A stretch of DNA of 19,413 nt from Octopus sinensis (Eukaryota), in assembly GCF_006345805.1 (NCBI RefSeq), contig NW_021824300.1, forward strand, positions 1-19,413, read 5' to 3'. Both the position numbers and the translations under genes were made by a program. Positions 1-10,395 of the stretch are shown one piece after another (position 1 is the first letter of the stretch; every line of letters starts with the position of its first letter). The notes below the pieces were generated by a model. That model was not told where the DNA came from. It worked only from the letters and a program-made list of their open reading frames with translations, and made no database searches.

Positions 1-136
1 GATAGATAGATAGATGGTTCTAGATCGTATTTCGTTTTATGTTAATGTGGTAAAACAAAATATTGTTCATATTCTTATGAATAAATATACATTTCTAATA
101 CTTCGCAGAAGACATTAAGGTAGAAATTCAATATGT

Positions 137-534
137 ATGCATGTACGTAAGAATATATACGTATGTGGGTGTGCGTGTGTAAATTTATTCACAGATAGAT
201 ACATACATATATATATATATATAATATATATATATATACATACATTCATATGCATAGAGACAATTAGGTATATATTTATTAATGCATATGATATAGATTT
301 ATATATAGATATGTATATATATATGCACATATTTATGTAGATACATTTATGTATACACACATGCAAACACATATACTTGATTCGATATAGATACGTACAG
401 CCATACACGCACATATACCTACCTGCATACATACATACATACATACATACATACATAACATACATACATACATACATACATACATGCATACAAGCATAGA
501 TACGCATGCGCACACATACATACATATATTCCAA
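137..534. repeat. Compound (TA)n/(TACA)n/(CA)n microsatellite region
   Basis: Runs such as atatatatat and acatacatacatacat; these explain the YI/MYVC-rich ORFs here. Confidence 0.95.
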
Positions 535-794
535 TGTGATTTAATTTAGAACAGAATGCTTTCTGAGTGAGACATTAGAATTGTAAATTTATATTTCAAG
601 GTTACCTCTTCTGTTTTGTTTACTTAAATATCAGAAAAGCTTTCTGTGGGATTATCTAACAGGAATTATGCAACTCAGAATTTATGATGTTCATACACAA
701 TGCTAGAGATATTTACCAGGTATTTCTATCGTTCCATGTAACCAGGTTTCAGTTTTAGGCACGCACGCAGTTCCGTACGTACGAACCTACGTAC

Positions 795-814
795 ATACAT
801 GCATAAATACATGC

Positions 815-908
<94 letters not shown>

Positions 909-1020
909 TTTATATACATATGCACAATGCCTACATATTCACTCATTCATATATCTACGCGTACGTATGCACACACACATATAAACGCATACATAGGACA
1001 CAAACATACATACATATATA
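795..1020. repeat. Compound (TA)n-(CA)n-(TA)n microsatellite
   Basis: Near-pure (TA)n at ~850-905, preceded by (CA)n. Confidence 0.95.
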
Positions 1021-1239
1021 CAAACGATGGGTCTCTACTCGTACAGCAGCCATGATGTGATGATAAATTTCCTTACCTCATAATATAAAGACAATTGCTG
1101 TCAGCAATGGCTACACTGAAATTTAAAGTGAATAACAGCTAGCACAAAGGCTCTAAAATTTTCCCTAATGGAAAAATAACGTGATCCATGGAACTCGTAT
1201 ATTAAGGCTGTAGATTTTAATGGTTTGGTCACATTATTC

Positions 1240-1455
1240 CTTAAGGAGAATAGGCCCTGTTTCCTGGATTCTATGGCGTATATATTCCTTCCTGGAAGGG
1301 ACGTCGGTTCGCCGCAGAATTTCTCATTTATGCTGGTTGATTGAACTGGAGCAACGTGAAGTTAAGATCACAACGCATCGCCCAGTCCAGGATTCGAAAC
1401 CATATTCTTACGATCATGAGTCCAGCACCCTAAACACTAAGCCATGTGCTTCCAC
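1240..1455 (-). mobile_element. Older tRNA-derived SINE related to family C
   Basis: Reverse complement begins gtggaagcacatggcttagtgtttag (A box) ... ggtttcgaatcc (B box). It ends ctgcggcgaaccgacgtcccttccagg...tatacgccatagaatccaggaaacagggcc, which aligns to the copies at 13214 and 16448. Confidence 0.8.
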
Positions 1456-1643
1456 TTAGACTTTAATAGTATACTCTTCATCGAAAATAACAATGGGCCA
1501 TGTAGCAATGGATTTTTATGAAACCCTCGAAATGTTGGTGTTCTCCAAGAAATGATTCATCGATCATCGATCCCCACCACTCACATCGATTAGTATGGCA
1601 GTGAATAATTTGTAAAACGTTCGAGGTGCCTGAATTCAACATA

Positions 1644-2041
1644 TACTCTTTACTATCTCTTTTAATTGTTTCAGTCATTTGACGGCGGCCATGCTGGAGC
1701 ACCACCTTTAGTCGAGCAAATCGACCCCAGGACTTATTCTTTGTAAGCCTAGTACTTATTCTATCGGTCACTTTTGCCGAACTGCTAAGTTACGGGGACG
1801 TAAACACACCAGCATCGGTTGTCAAGCGATGCTGGAGGGACAAACACAGACACAAAAAACTCTCACACACACACACACACATGTATATATATATATATAC
1901 ATATATACGACGGGTTTCTTTCAGTTTCCGTCTACGAAATCCACTCACAAGGCTTTGATTGGCCTGAGGCTATAGTAGAAGACACTTGCCCAAGGTGCCA
2001 CGCAGTGGGACTGAACCCGCAACCATGTGGTTGGTTAGCAA
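1644..2041 (-). mobile_element. SINE family A (tRNA-like head, CORE-like ccttgggcaagtg, internal microsatellite, TAAAAGAG-type tail), missing ~30 nt at the 5' end
   Basis: High identity to the copies at 9220, 10396, 17784 and 18739. Confidence 0.92.
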
Positions 2042-2489
2042 CAATTAGATTATCCTCACGGCGCACAAACATACTCACACACACACACACACACACACAA
2101 TCATACTCACAAATACATATGAAAAGTTACAAAGACATATATACTACGGTTCCAAAGTGAAAAGCATTTCCATTATATCAGTGCACGCTTCTGTGCACAT
2201 GCATCTTAATATGTGCACACAGTAATATGCATATCAACAGAACTCAAGAGCTATCTCGAGTTACACAACTGAGGCTTGTAATATAGTTAGTGAATCGTCT
2301 GCAAAACAAAATGTTTGATTAGTCTCATCTCCACAGGAAATATAAACTCTATTCATATAAAAAGGTATAGTCTTCTTTTTAATGAAAAGTGAGTATATAT
2401 AACGGCGCAAAACCGTTATGATGAGGAATTATGATAAGGAATTATGACGAGACGTTGACTGATGTGGAATTAGCTATGAAATTTCCGTT

Positions 2490-2880
2490 TGTTATGCCTT
2501 TGTTAAATTTTTCTGTTTGTTATGTTAAATCCTTGATATCTTTCCAGCCTTATAATTCAATGTCTAAGGAGGAAATCTCTTTTACCTTTTTACTCTTTAC
2601 TTTTTAGCTTCACTTTTTGTGTGTTTGTTTCTTTTTCTGTTTTTTACCTTCTGAGTTTTCTATATGCTGCATTCACAGTGTTTTGCGTTTTTTCTCTTAT
2701 TCAATTCTTTTAGTTCGTTATAGTATGAGGTTTGGGCCTGAAGAATATGTTTGAGATTTTTCTCAACATATGAAACAATTAATATCACTTAAAGACATGT
2801 ATTGCGTCCTATAAATAAATAATATTTATCTCTCACCAGATGGAGTACCATTTTTGTTGAGTTTTCTATCACCTAACAGT
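2490..2880 (+). mobile_element. Probable Penelope-like element pseudo-LTR/3'UTR remnant containing a hammerhead-like core
   Basis: T-rich strand followed by CTGAAGA, an 11-bp hairpin, GAAAC (2738-2776), then AATAAA at ~2814. This layout is typical of Penelope pLTRs. Boundaries are approximate. Confidence 0.45.
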
Positions 2881-2999
2881 AGATTATATATATGTGTATG
2901 TATGTGCATAAATATATAAATATACATATATAAATATATTTATATCAGGTCATTAAGAATGAAATGTTCGATTTTGTTATGCATCACGTTTGACAGTCG

Positions 3000-3204
3000 T
3001 TTTATTTCTTTACTACCCACAAGGGGCTAAACATAGAGGGGACAAACAAGGACAGACATAGGTATTATATACTTAATTTATCAACCACGAAGGATGAAAG
3101 GCAAAGTCGACCTCGGCGGAATTTGAACTCACAACGTAACGACAGACGAAATACGGCTACGCATTTCGCCCGGCGTGCTAACGTTTCTGCCATCTCGCCG
3201 CCTT
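3000..3204 (-). mobile_element. SINE family B (head ggcggcgagctggcagaaacgttagcacgccgg), with a ~30-nt internal deletion
   Basis: Reverse complement has an A-box-like tggcagaaacgttag and a B-box-like gagttcaaattc. It aligns to 11424-11642 but lacks the gtcgat...tcgaccccag block. Confidence 0.9.
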
Positions 3205-3280
3205 CCTACCTACCTACATACCTACCTACATATCTACCTACCTACATACCTACCTACCTACATACATACATACATACATA
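3205..3280. repeat. (CCTA)n/(CATA)n microsatellite
   Basis: cctacctacatacctacc...catacatacata. Confidence 0.95.
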
Positions 3281-4560
3281 TTGGGTTGGCAAGAAAATAA
3301 ATTGAGAGTTACGACTTTTTTTAATGACTTTTGTCAATATTATGACATTTTTCCTTTCGACATTTGAGAGCCGTTATTTTTAGTTTACTCTACTAGCAAA
3401 TTGCACGTAATTTTCTTTACAACTGTTAGTTCAGCGTCAATTTTAACATGGAGTGCAAAAAAAAAAAAACCCAAAAAACCCCAAATACATTTTCACCATA
3501 AATTTCTCTTTTGTCTTTTTATTTCTGTAAAAGCAAGAAAGCTGCTGAGGCTCACAAAGAGAAACGTGAAGTTTATGGCGTTGATTGCTTAACAGAACGC
3601 ACATGTCAGAAATGGTTTTTTGCAATTCCGTTCTGAAGATTGTTCACTCAAAAATGCCCAACACTCTTGTCAGCTAAATGATGTTGATGACGACCGAATC
3701 AAAGCCGTAATTGAATTTGATTGTCATATAACTGTGCGAGTGATTACAGAGGTGTTAAATGCATCGCATACAACAATTGAAAATCACTTAAAATGTCTTG
3801 GATTTATTAAGAAGCTTGATATTTGGGTTCCACTTAAATTGAAAGAGATCCATTTAACGCATGCGAAACAATATTTGCGATATGCATCTCAAACGCAATG
3901 AAATAGACCTTTTTTTAAAAAAAAAAATGAATCATCACTGATGATAAATGGATTGTCTACAATAACATCAATCGAAACGATCATGTTTCAAGCGCAATGA
4001 ACCAGCAAAAACCGCATCGAAAGCTGAATTGCACAAAAAAAAAACATACGCCATGCTCTCAATTTTTGTTGAGACTACAAACATGTATATGTATATTTTG
4101 AGCTGATTCCAAGGGACCAAATGATAAATTCAGATGTTTACTGTCAATAATTAATGAAACTGGAGGAAGCAATCAAAGAAAAACGGCCAGAATTAGCAAA
4201 TCGTAAAGGAATCGTGTTCGATCATGACAACGCTAGACCACACACGTTTTTGCTAACACGTGAAAAATTATTGGAGTTTTGTTGGGAAGTAATGTTACAT
4301 CCACCATATAGCCCTGTCCTTGCACCCTCAGATTACCACTTATTTCGAAGTTTGCAAAATTCTTTGAATGGTAAAACTTTCAATAATTATGATGACCTGG
4401 AATCGAACTTGCTTCCGTTTTTGGCTGATAAGGACCAGAAGTTCTATAAGCGCGGAATCATGAATTTGCCATGAAGATGGCAAAACGGTAATCGAACAAA
4501 ATGGAAAATATATAACTGCTTTCAGTTCATTTTTGTATGACAAAAAGGTGTCTTCTAATT
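3281..4560 (+). mobile_element. Mariner (DD34D) DNA transposon, left TIR present, right TIR missing
   Basis: TA followed by ttgggttggcaagaaaataaattg, a mariner-type TIR start. A transposase pseudogene lies inside. I found no reverse-complement TIR downstream. Confidence 0.93.
3448..4520 (+). pseudogene. Mariner transposase pseudogene (multiple frameshifts and poly-A expansions)
   Basis: Motifs: KKLDIWVPLKL (WVPHEL-like), actgatgataaatgg = TDDKW (TGDEKW-like), HDNARPH, HPPYSPVLAPSDYHLFRSLQN. There are exactly 34 residues between the second and third D. Confidence 0.95.
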
Positions 4561-4720
4561 TGAGGGCTCTAGGGATCAGGAATGCTGGATATTATTTTGA
4601 AAAGAAGGGATTGGGTACATTTGTGTTACTAAAATTTAATACTCTCGTTCAAATAATGGCACACTCAAAAGGATAACCAGTCTTCGAAGCTTAATATCAT
4701 AAAGATGCACAGACACACAG

Positions 4721-4760
<40 letters not shown>

Positions 4761-4782
4761 ATTCACACACACAGGCACGCAC

Positions 4783-4961
4783 GCTAACGTTTCTGCCAGC
4801 TCGCCGCCTTTTAATTTGTCAAAATATTTTCGTCGCTTTGAGACCGCGACTTGTTCACTGACAAATTTCCGTGATGCATCAGTTTGTCTGTCCTTGTTTG
4901 TTCCCTCTGTGTGTAGCCCCTTGTGGGCAATAAAGAAATGAAAATATTTTGACAACTTAAA
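4783..4961. mobile_element. Rearranged SINE family B: head on minus strand (4783-4810), tail on plus strand (~4878-4939), with a 21-bp inverted repeat
   Basis: gctaacgtttctgccagctcgccgcctt is the reverse-complement head; gtttgtctgtccttgtttgttccc...aataaagaaat is the tail. 4811-4831 and 4940-4960 are inverted repeats matching at 20/21 positions. Confidence 0.8.
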
Positions 4962-5043
4962 TTTAAATGTTAAAGTGAATCTAACGGTTTTTGTGTGTTT
5001 CTTAAATGGCTTATAACACACCTTCCACGCAGCAGTTGTTTTC

Positions 5044-5047
<4 letters not shown>

Positions 5048-5101
<54 letters not shown>
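5048..5101. repeat. (TA)n microsatellite
   Basis: Pure TA run. Confidence 0.97.
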
Positions 5102-5102
<1 letters not shown>

Positions 5103-5398
5103 TATACGCGTGTGTATGCATATGTTTATGTATACGTGTGCAGATTTTGCGTGAGTATGTATGCGTGCATGTTTATGCCAATGAATATAATTTCCCCGAG
5201 GAAACCTTATAATTAGACATGATAGTAGGCTTCAACTTTGAATATATTTTTATTTTATAAAAGTGTATCTAGTAATTTTCTATCGTTGTAATTCCAAAAG
5301 AGTACATGTGCGTAGATGCAGGCGTACATGACAAATGCATTTCATATTATGCATACGTACACGCACAAACATAAGTGCACGCATACATCTACGTATGT

Positions 5399-5402
<4 letters not shown>

Positions 5403-5449
<47 letters not shown>

Positions 5450-5504
5450 CATTTATATATATATAATATATATTATATATATATATGGTGTGTGTGTGTG
5501 TGTG
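5403..5504. repeat. (TA)n-(GT)n microsatellite
   Basis: Direct reading. Confidence 0.95.
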
Positions 5505-5683
5505 TGGTGCTTGTGCGTGTGGTTTAAAAAGACACTTCAGACGCCATGTTGGATCTGAGGTTCAGAGAAGGTAGTCACACTTTGCATAAGGAGTAGACAA
5601 CCACCATGCATCTATATATGTATATGTATGTGCATATGTATTTATAACTTCCTGACTATCTATCTGCATATCTACATCTATGT

Positions 5684-5716
<33 letters not shown>

Positions 5717-5747
5717 AATATATATGTATGCATATATATATGTATAT

Positions 5748-5788
<41 letters not shown>

Positions 5789-5873
5789 TGTATATATATA
5801 TATGTATATATATATGTATATATATATGTATATATAGATATATGTATGTATATATGTATATATGTTATATATG

Positions 5874-5917
<44 letters not shown>

Positions 5918-5928
5918 TTCTCTCTCTC

Positions 5929-5959
<31 letters not shown>

Positions 5960-5960
5960 T
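5684..5960. repeat. Long interrupted (TA)n/(TATG) microsatellite with a short (TC)n
   Basis: Direct reading. Confidence 0.95.
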
Positions 5961-6434
5961 TCTATCTCGTTCTTTCTCTTTCTCACACTCTCAACGCACA
6001 CACATATATAGAAACAAACATAAACATAGAGACACGTACAATATAATAACCACTTTTACTTTGCGTATTTATTAGATATTAGTCTTTTTTTTTTCTTCTT
6101 CATCAAGTAGTACATCTTGAGTTGTCGACGTTTCTTCACTGCACGTGACGGAACAAACAGCATTGCTATTCCTTCTCAATTTATTCTTCCTTTACTTCAA
6201 CAAACGGTGACAGAAAAATGTTATTAGTTTCCTCAGTATGTTCAAATGACACACTTTCTACACATGCAATGTGCTGTGTACTTCTATAATTTTTCGATCA
6301 ATAGACGCCATATTTTAAAAGGTTTTTCTCGTAATTTAGTGTAGTTCATACGAAAACTCTAACTGCATGGAGTTTAAAGAAAATTTAAAAAGGATAATAA
6401 CATTATTAGAAAGTAGTGTGTTGTTATATTTGTT

Positions 6435-6640
6435 ATAGTAGAATGTTCTATCGGTGATGCTGTTGGAATTTATTCCACCCTTTATTCTGGGTTCAATTTC
6501 TGCTGAGGTGAAATTTGCCGCGATATTCATTCGGGGTGGTAAAATCGATATATTAAAGGATCTCTCAACTACTGAAGTGTGAGATATCGAGTAAGCCCCT
6601 CCTCTCAAAGTTGCTGGTCTTGCACCTAAACCACAAAGCC
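6435..6640 (+). mobile_element. Old, diverged family-B-like SINE
   Basis: ttctgggttcaatttctgctgaggtgaaatttgcc...ttcggggtggtaaaat matches family B gttctgagttcaaattctgccgaggtcgat...tttcggggtcgata. Its tail resembles the reverse complement of 13611-13650. Confidence 0.6.
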
Positions 6641-6659
6641 GTAATGTCGCTTTTGTTGA

Positions 6660-6673
6660 CGTTGTTGTTGTTG

Positions 6674-6735
<62 letters not shown>
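6660..6735. repeat. (GTT)n-(ATT)n trinucleotide microsatellite
   Basis: Gives the poly-N ORF on the minus strand. Confidence 0.97.
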
Positions 6736-6845
6736 GAGTGAGGGAGTAGTGCATGCCATCAAAGTGACACTGGGGTAAATATGCCCATCATGACTACTCG
6801 TCTGATAAGGGTACACCAGGCACATGCACCACAACCATATGTGCG

Positions 6846-6937
6846 TACAAAGAATAAGTCCTCGACTAAAGGCGGTGCTCCAGCATGGCCACAGTCACAT
6901 GATTGAAACAAGTAAAAGGGTTAAAAGAGTAAGAGTA
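6846..6937 (+). mobile_element. 3'-terminal fragment of SINE family A with a ~12-nt internal deletion
   Basis: tacaaagaataagtcct|cgactaaaggcggtgctccagcatggccacagtcacatgattgaaacaagtaaaagg matches the 3' end of the copy at 18739-19162. Confidence 0.9.
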
Positions 6938-7659
6938 TCTTATAGCCAAATTTTAGTACTATCTGCTATTGTTGAAATTTCCTTTCATTTTCTTGAAATT
7001 TCATATGCAAGTTTATCAAAAAAAGTTTATCAAGTTATGGACTTCTTCACGCACCCCCACCGGCCTGGATACAGAGTGGTGCTGGTGATGATGGGGTGGG
7101 AGAGAAGATAACTCATGTCAGCACCTGAACTCACTACACAATAATGTAAATATGTTGCAAAGAATGAAAGCATGGAAATTTATCCAAACAAAGCTTTATT
7201 CTGTAGTGATAAGCTCTTATCATGACAGGTTGACTGATTTACTTTAAAATAGCCTGTGTTTTCTCACGCTTGTTTTGGACTATATATATATTTTTAGAAG
7301 TACGAGGATGGCGGGGTCTCCCCCTTTATATCTCTCCTTACTTTTTTGTCAAGTATTGTAGTTATATTTGTGGTTTTACCAATAGATATTAAATGTAAGA
7401 TTGGAAGCGAAATATAATGTACCCAGGTTTATACCAGAACACAGTTTTAGGATGTCTGCAGATTTTAATTTTCCATTTATAAGTCGTCCACCCTGCATCC
7501 TGAATTCGTATTCTTCACCTCAAGAATTTGTAAGCAGCAAACATAAGAATTATTAATGACGAATGACTGAATTGTTAACGACAAACTGATAAGTTGTGTT
7601 TTCAATTTCATATTTTCATTAATCATTAAATTTATTTTCTTGCTTCCAACTACATTATA

Positions 7660-9175
7660 ATAAGCAAAGAAAAAAAGCAAAGTTTTACCAGCAAAAATTC
7701 CGAAAGGAATGTCTTAAGATGTCTGCGTTTACTAAGTGGTGGTGTGAAGTACATAGTGACCAATCTAAAGCACATTGCAGATATTTTAGATGTAATATAT
7801 TGGCAAAATATTCTCTTTTAGTAAGCCACTGTTAAATAAAGAAACATAAGGCATCAACTCTATAGGAAATGATTCCTCTTACCAGTTTTATTAAAACTAA
7901 AATTGATAAGACAGCTATGCTAGAAGCAAATTTAGCAATGCTCATTTGTTACTACTCATTATTTAATAGCTGTGATCACTTAATAGAGTTATGTAAGAAT
8001 TATATGTATGATAGTGATATCATATCCAAAGTGAAGTTGCATCGTATAAAATGTGCAAATATTGTGAGAAATGACCTAGCTTGTTATTTTGATGGAAATT
8101 TGATTTCTGATATAGGAGATAGAAAATTTAACCTGCTATTAGATGAATGCAATGATATATCGATAAACAAGATGTTAGAAATTGATATCATATATTATAG
8201 TGACACTCACAGCAAAAGTGGTACCTACATATCTCAGTATGGTATCTTTAGAAACATGTGATTCAGATAGCATTGTAGATGCCTTAAAAATTGAATTAGT
8301 GAAAAAGAAATTGGATATAAAAAATTTACTGACTATAGAAACCGACAATGCTAGAGGAATGATAAGAGTCAACAAAGGTGTTTTCCAGAAATGAAAAGAA
8401 GTTCCATCATTACTTTTATTCAGATGTGTATGTCATTCTTTACGTTTGGCAGTTTCCTACATATGTGCTGAATGCTTACCCATAAATGTAGAACTTTTGG
8501 TATTCGGAACCTATAAATGGTCCTCTCATTCTTCAACAAGACAAAGTGCCTACAAACAACTTTACCTTGCTATCAATGATAAAGAGCCTTTGAAGTTCGT
8601 GAATTCTTGTACAATTATGTGGCAGTCAATAGAACCGGCTGTTAATAGAATTTTAAGCCAATGATTTGAACTGCAAACTCACTTCCAAGCTATAACTACA
8701 AAAGAAAAAAATGTTTTACAGCACAAACGTTACATGAAATGTTTTGTGATTGTAAGAATCCAATTTCAAAACATGTTCAGGAAGTGAATAAACTGTTTGA
8801 ATCAAACACTGTCGACAAAACAAAATTACTTGAAGATCTTTCAAATTTGATCAAAACGGTTGCTAATATGATAGTGTTGCCAGCCCAGCATATAGAATTG
8901 ATCCTCTTCATCTGGATGCTTCTATTGAAAAATTTCTGGATCCTAAAACAAATTTAGGATTCAGGTTCGAGAGAAAGATAACAGAAATGTTTATCAAGAA
9001 GGCTGTAACAGCCACCGAAGAAAATAATATTCGCAAGAAAGCTCAACAATTTTTACTCTGCCGTTATAAAAATCTCAAGCACCGTTTGCCAGGAAATATT
9101 AATATACAGAGGAATATCAAATGTTTTTCAGTAATGAATAAGCCCTAGGTTTATGATTTCACTGAAAATTGTTTC
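7660..9175 (+). pseudogene. hAT-superfamily transposase remnant (Tip100/hAT19-like) with a decayed BED-type zinc finger
   Basis: YQQKFRKE...AHCRYFRC...SHC*IKKH (BED-like); FNLLLDECND (first catalytic D, ~8142); TDNARGM; FRCVCHSLRLAVS (CxxH at 8425-8436); WQSIEPAVNRILSQ* (RW.S motif). Many stops and frameshifts. Confidence 0.88.
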
Positions 9176-9184
9176 ATATTTCTA

Positions 9185-9405
9185 TATAGGTGCAGGAGTG
9201 GCTGTGTGGTAAGTAGCTGTATAGGCGCAGGATTGGGTGTGTGGTTAGTAGCTTGCTTACCAACCACATGGTTACGGGTTCATTCCCACTGCGTGGCACC
9301 TTGGGCAAGTGTCTACTACTATAGCCTCGGGCCGACCAAAGCCTTGTGAGTGGATTTCGTACACGGAAACTGAAAGAAACCATCATATATATGTATATAT
9401 ATATA

Positions 9406-9437
<32 letters not shown>

Positions 9438-9671
9438 GCACGTATGTTATATGTTTGTGTGTCTGTGTTTGTGTGTCTGTGTTTGTCCCGCCCGCCCAAT
9501 CGTTTGACAACGATGATGGTGTGTTTACGTCCCCGTAGCTTAGCGGTTCAGCAAAAAGACCGATAGAATAAGTACTAGGCTTCCAAAGAATAAGTCCTGG
9601 GATCGATTTGCTCGACTAAAAGGCAGTGCTCCAGCATGACCGCAGTCAAATGACCGAAACAAGTAAAAGAG
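9185..9671 (+). mobile_element. SINE family A with a duplicated 5' head (9185-9218, then a full copy from 9220)
   Basis: tataggtgcaggagtggctgtgtggtaagtagct is followed by tataggcgcaggattgggtgtgtggttagtagcttgcttacc. B box ggttcattccc, CORE-like ccttgggcaagtg, internal TA/GT repeat, tail aagtaaaagag. Confidence 0.93.
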
Positions 9672-10395
9672 AACAGAACACAAAACCCAAAGAAAAGAGC
9701 TCTCATTATTACCCAGTGGGTTCATATTAAAATGAATTAGTTTAATATACACGAACCAAAACGTAATGAAGATCGTAATTATAGTAACTGGATTATCAGC
9801 AAACAACGCTTAGATATTCTGTCATATACTGGAGCATAATACGGCTGGCAATCTAAGTTGTATAAATAATGATTATTTAGTTTGGCAAAATACGAGAACA
9901 AGCATCATTAATTTCATTTACCTTATTGCTATATCAAAGTCATCTGTAATAATAGACCGTTTCCAGCCATCCGGGTATAAAATTTGATATGATTGCTGAA
10001 TAGAGAAACTATAGATGCTGAGGTTATTTTCCGGTTGCCTAGATAGAGAAACTTCCTGCAGAGATGTATAATCAGACCTTTACTTGCGGATTTTGTTTAG
10101 CGTGGTGGAGCCTGGTTGATTTGGCACGTGTATATCCGTGTGCAAAATCGCGTGTGTTTGTGTTCTGTGTGGGAGTTCGTGTGTACGGATGGTTGACTTG
10201 ATAAGAGGCGTATTAACAGAAAGATTAGAGTTTCAAACCAATCATTCATGCCTAATGTGTAGCAAAAGTCCAGTAGAGGAACCTCCATATGAACGCTAGA
10301 CCTGCTAAAAGTAGCAGTCAAATCACGTTGGAAACACAGCCATCTTTAACAAAATATAGTGATATTGAATAATTTATTGGATAACTTTTATCACA

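Noticed and set aside
663-719. Possible 57-nt exon (ctaacag|...ccag|gtattt; ELCNSEFMMFIHNARDIYQ)
   Set aside because: The polypyrimidine tract is weak, the peptide is not recognisable and there are no partner exons. Such matches are expected by chance.
2416-2462. C/D snoRNA (ATGATGA at 2418, CTGA at ~2459)
   Set aside because: The span is too short and lacks a terminal stem. ATGATGA is part of a 13-bp triple tandem (ttatgatgaggaa).
6075-6320. Minus-strand broken frame MASIDRKIIEVHSTLHV*...TQDVLLDEEE
   Set aside because: It has multiple stops and no recognisable domain.
7395-7406. Left hAT TIR candidate (aagattggaag) pairing with 9845-9855
   Set aside because: Only 8/11 positions match and there is no 8-bp TSD.
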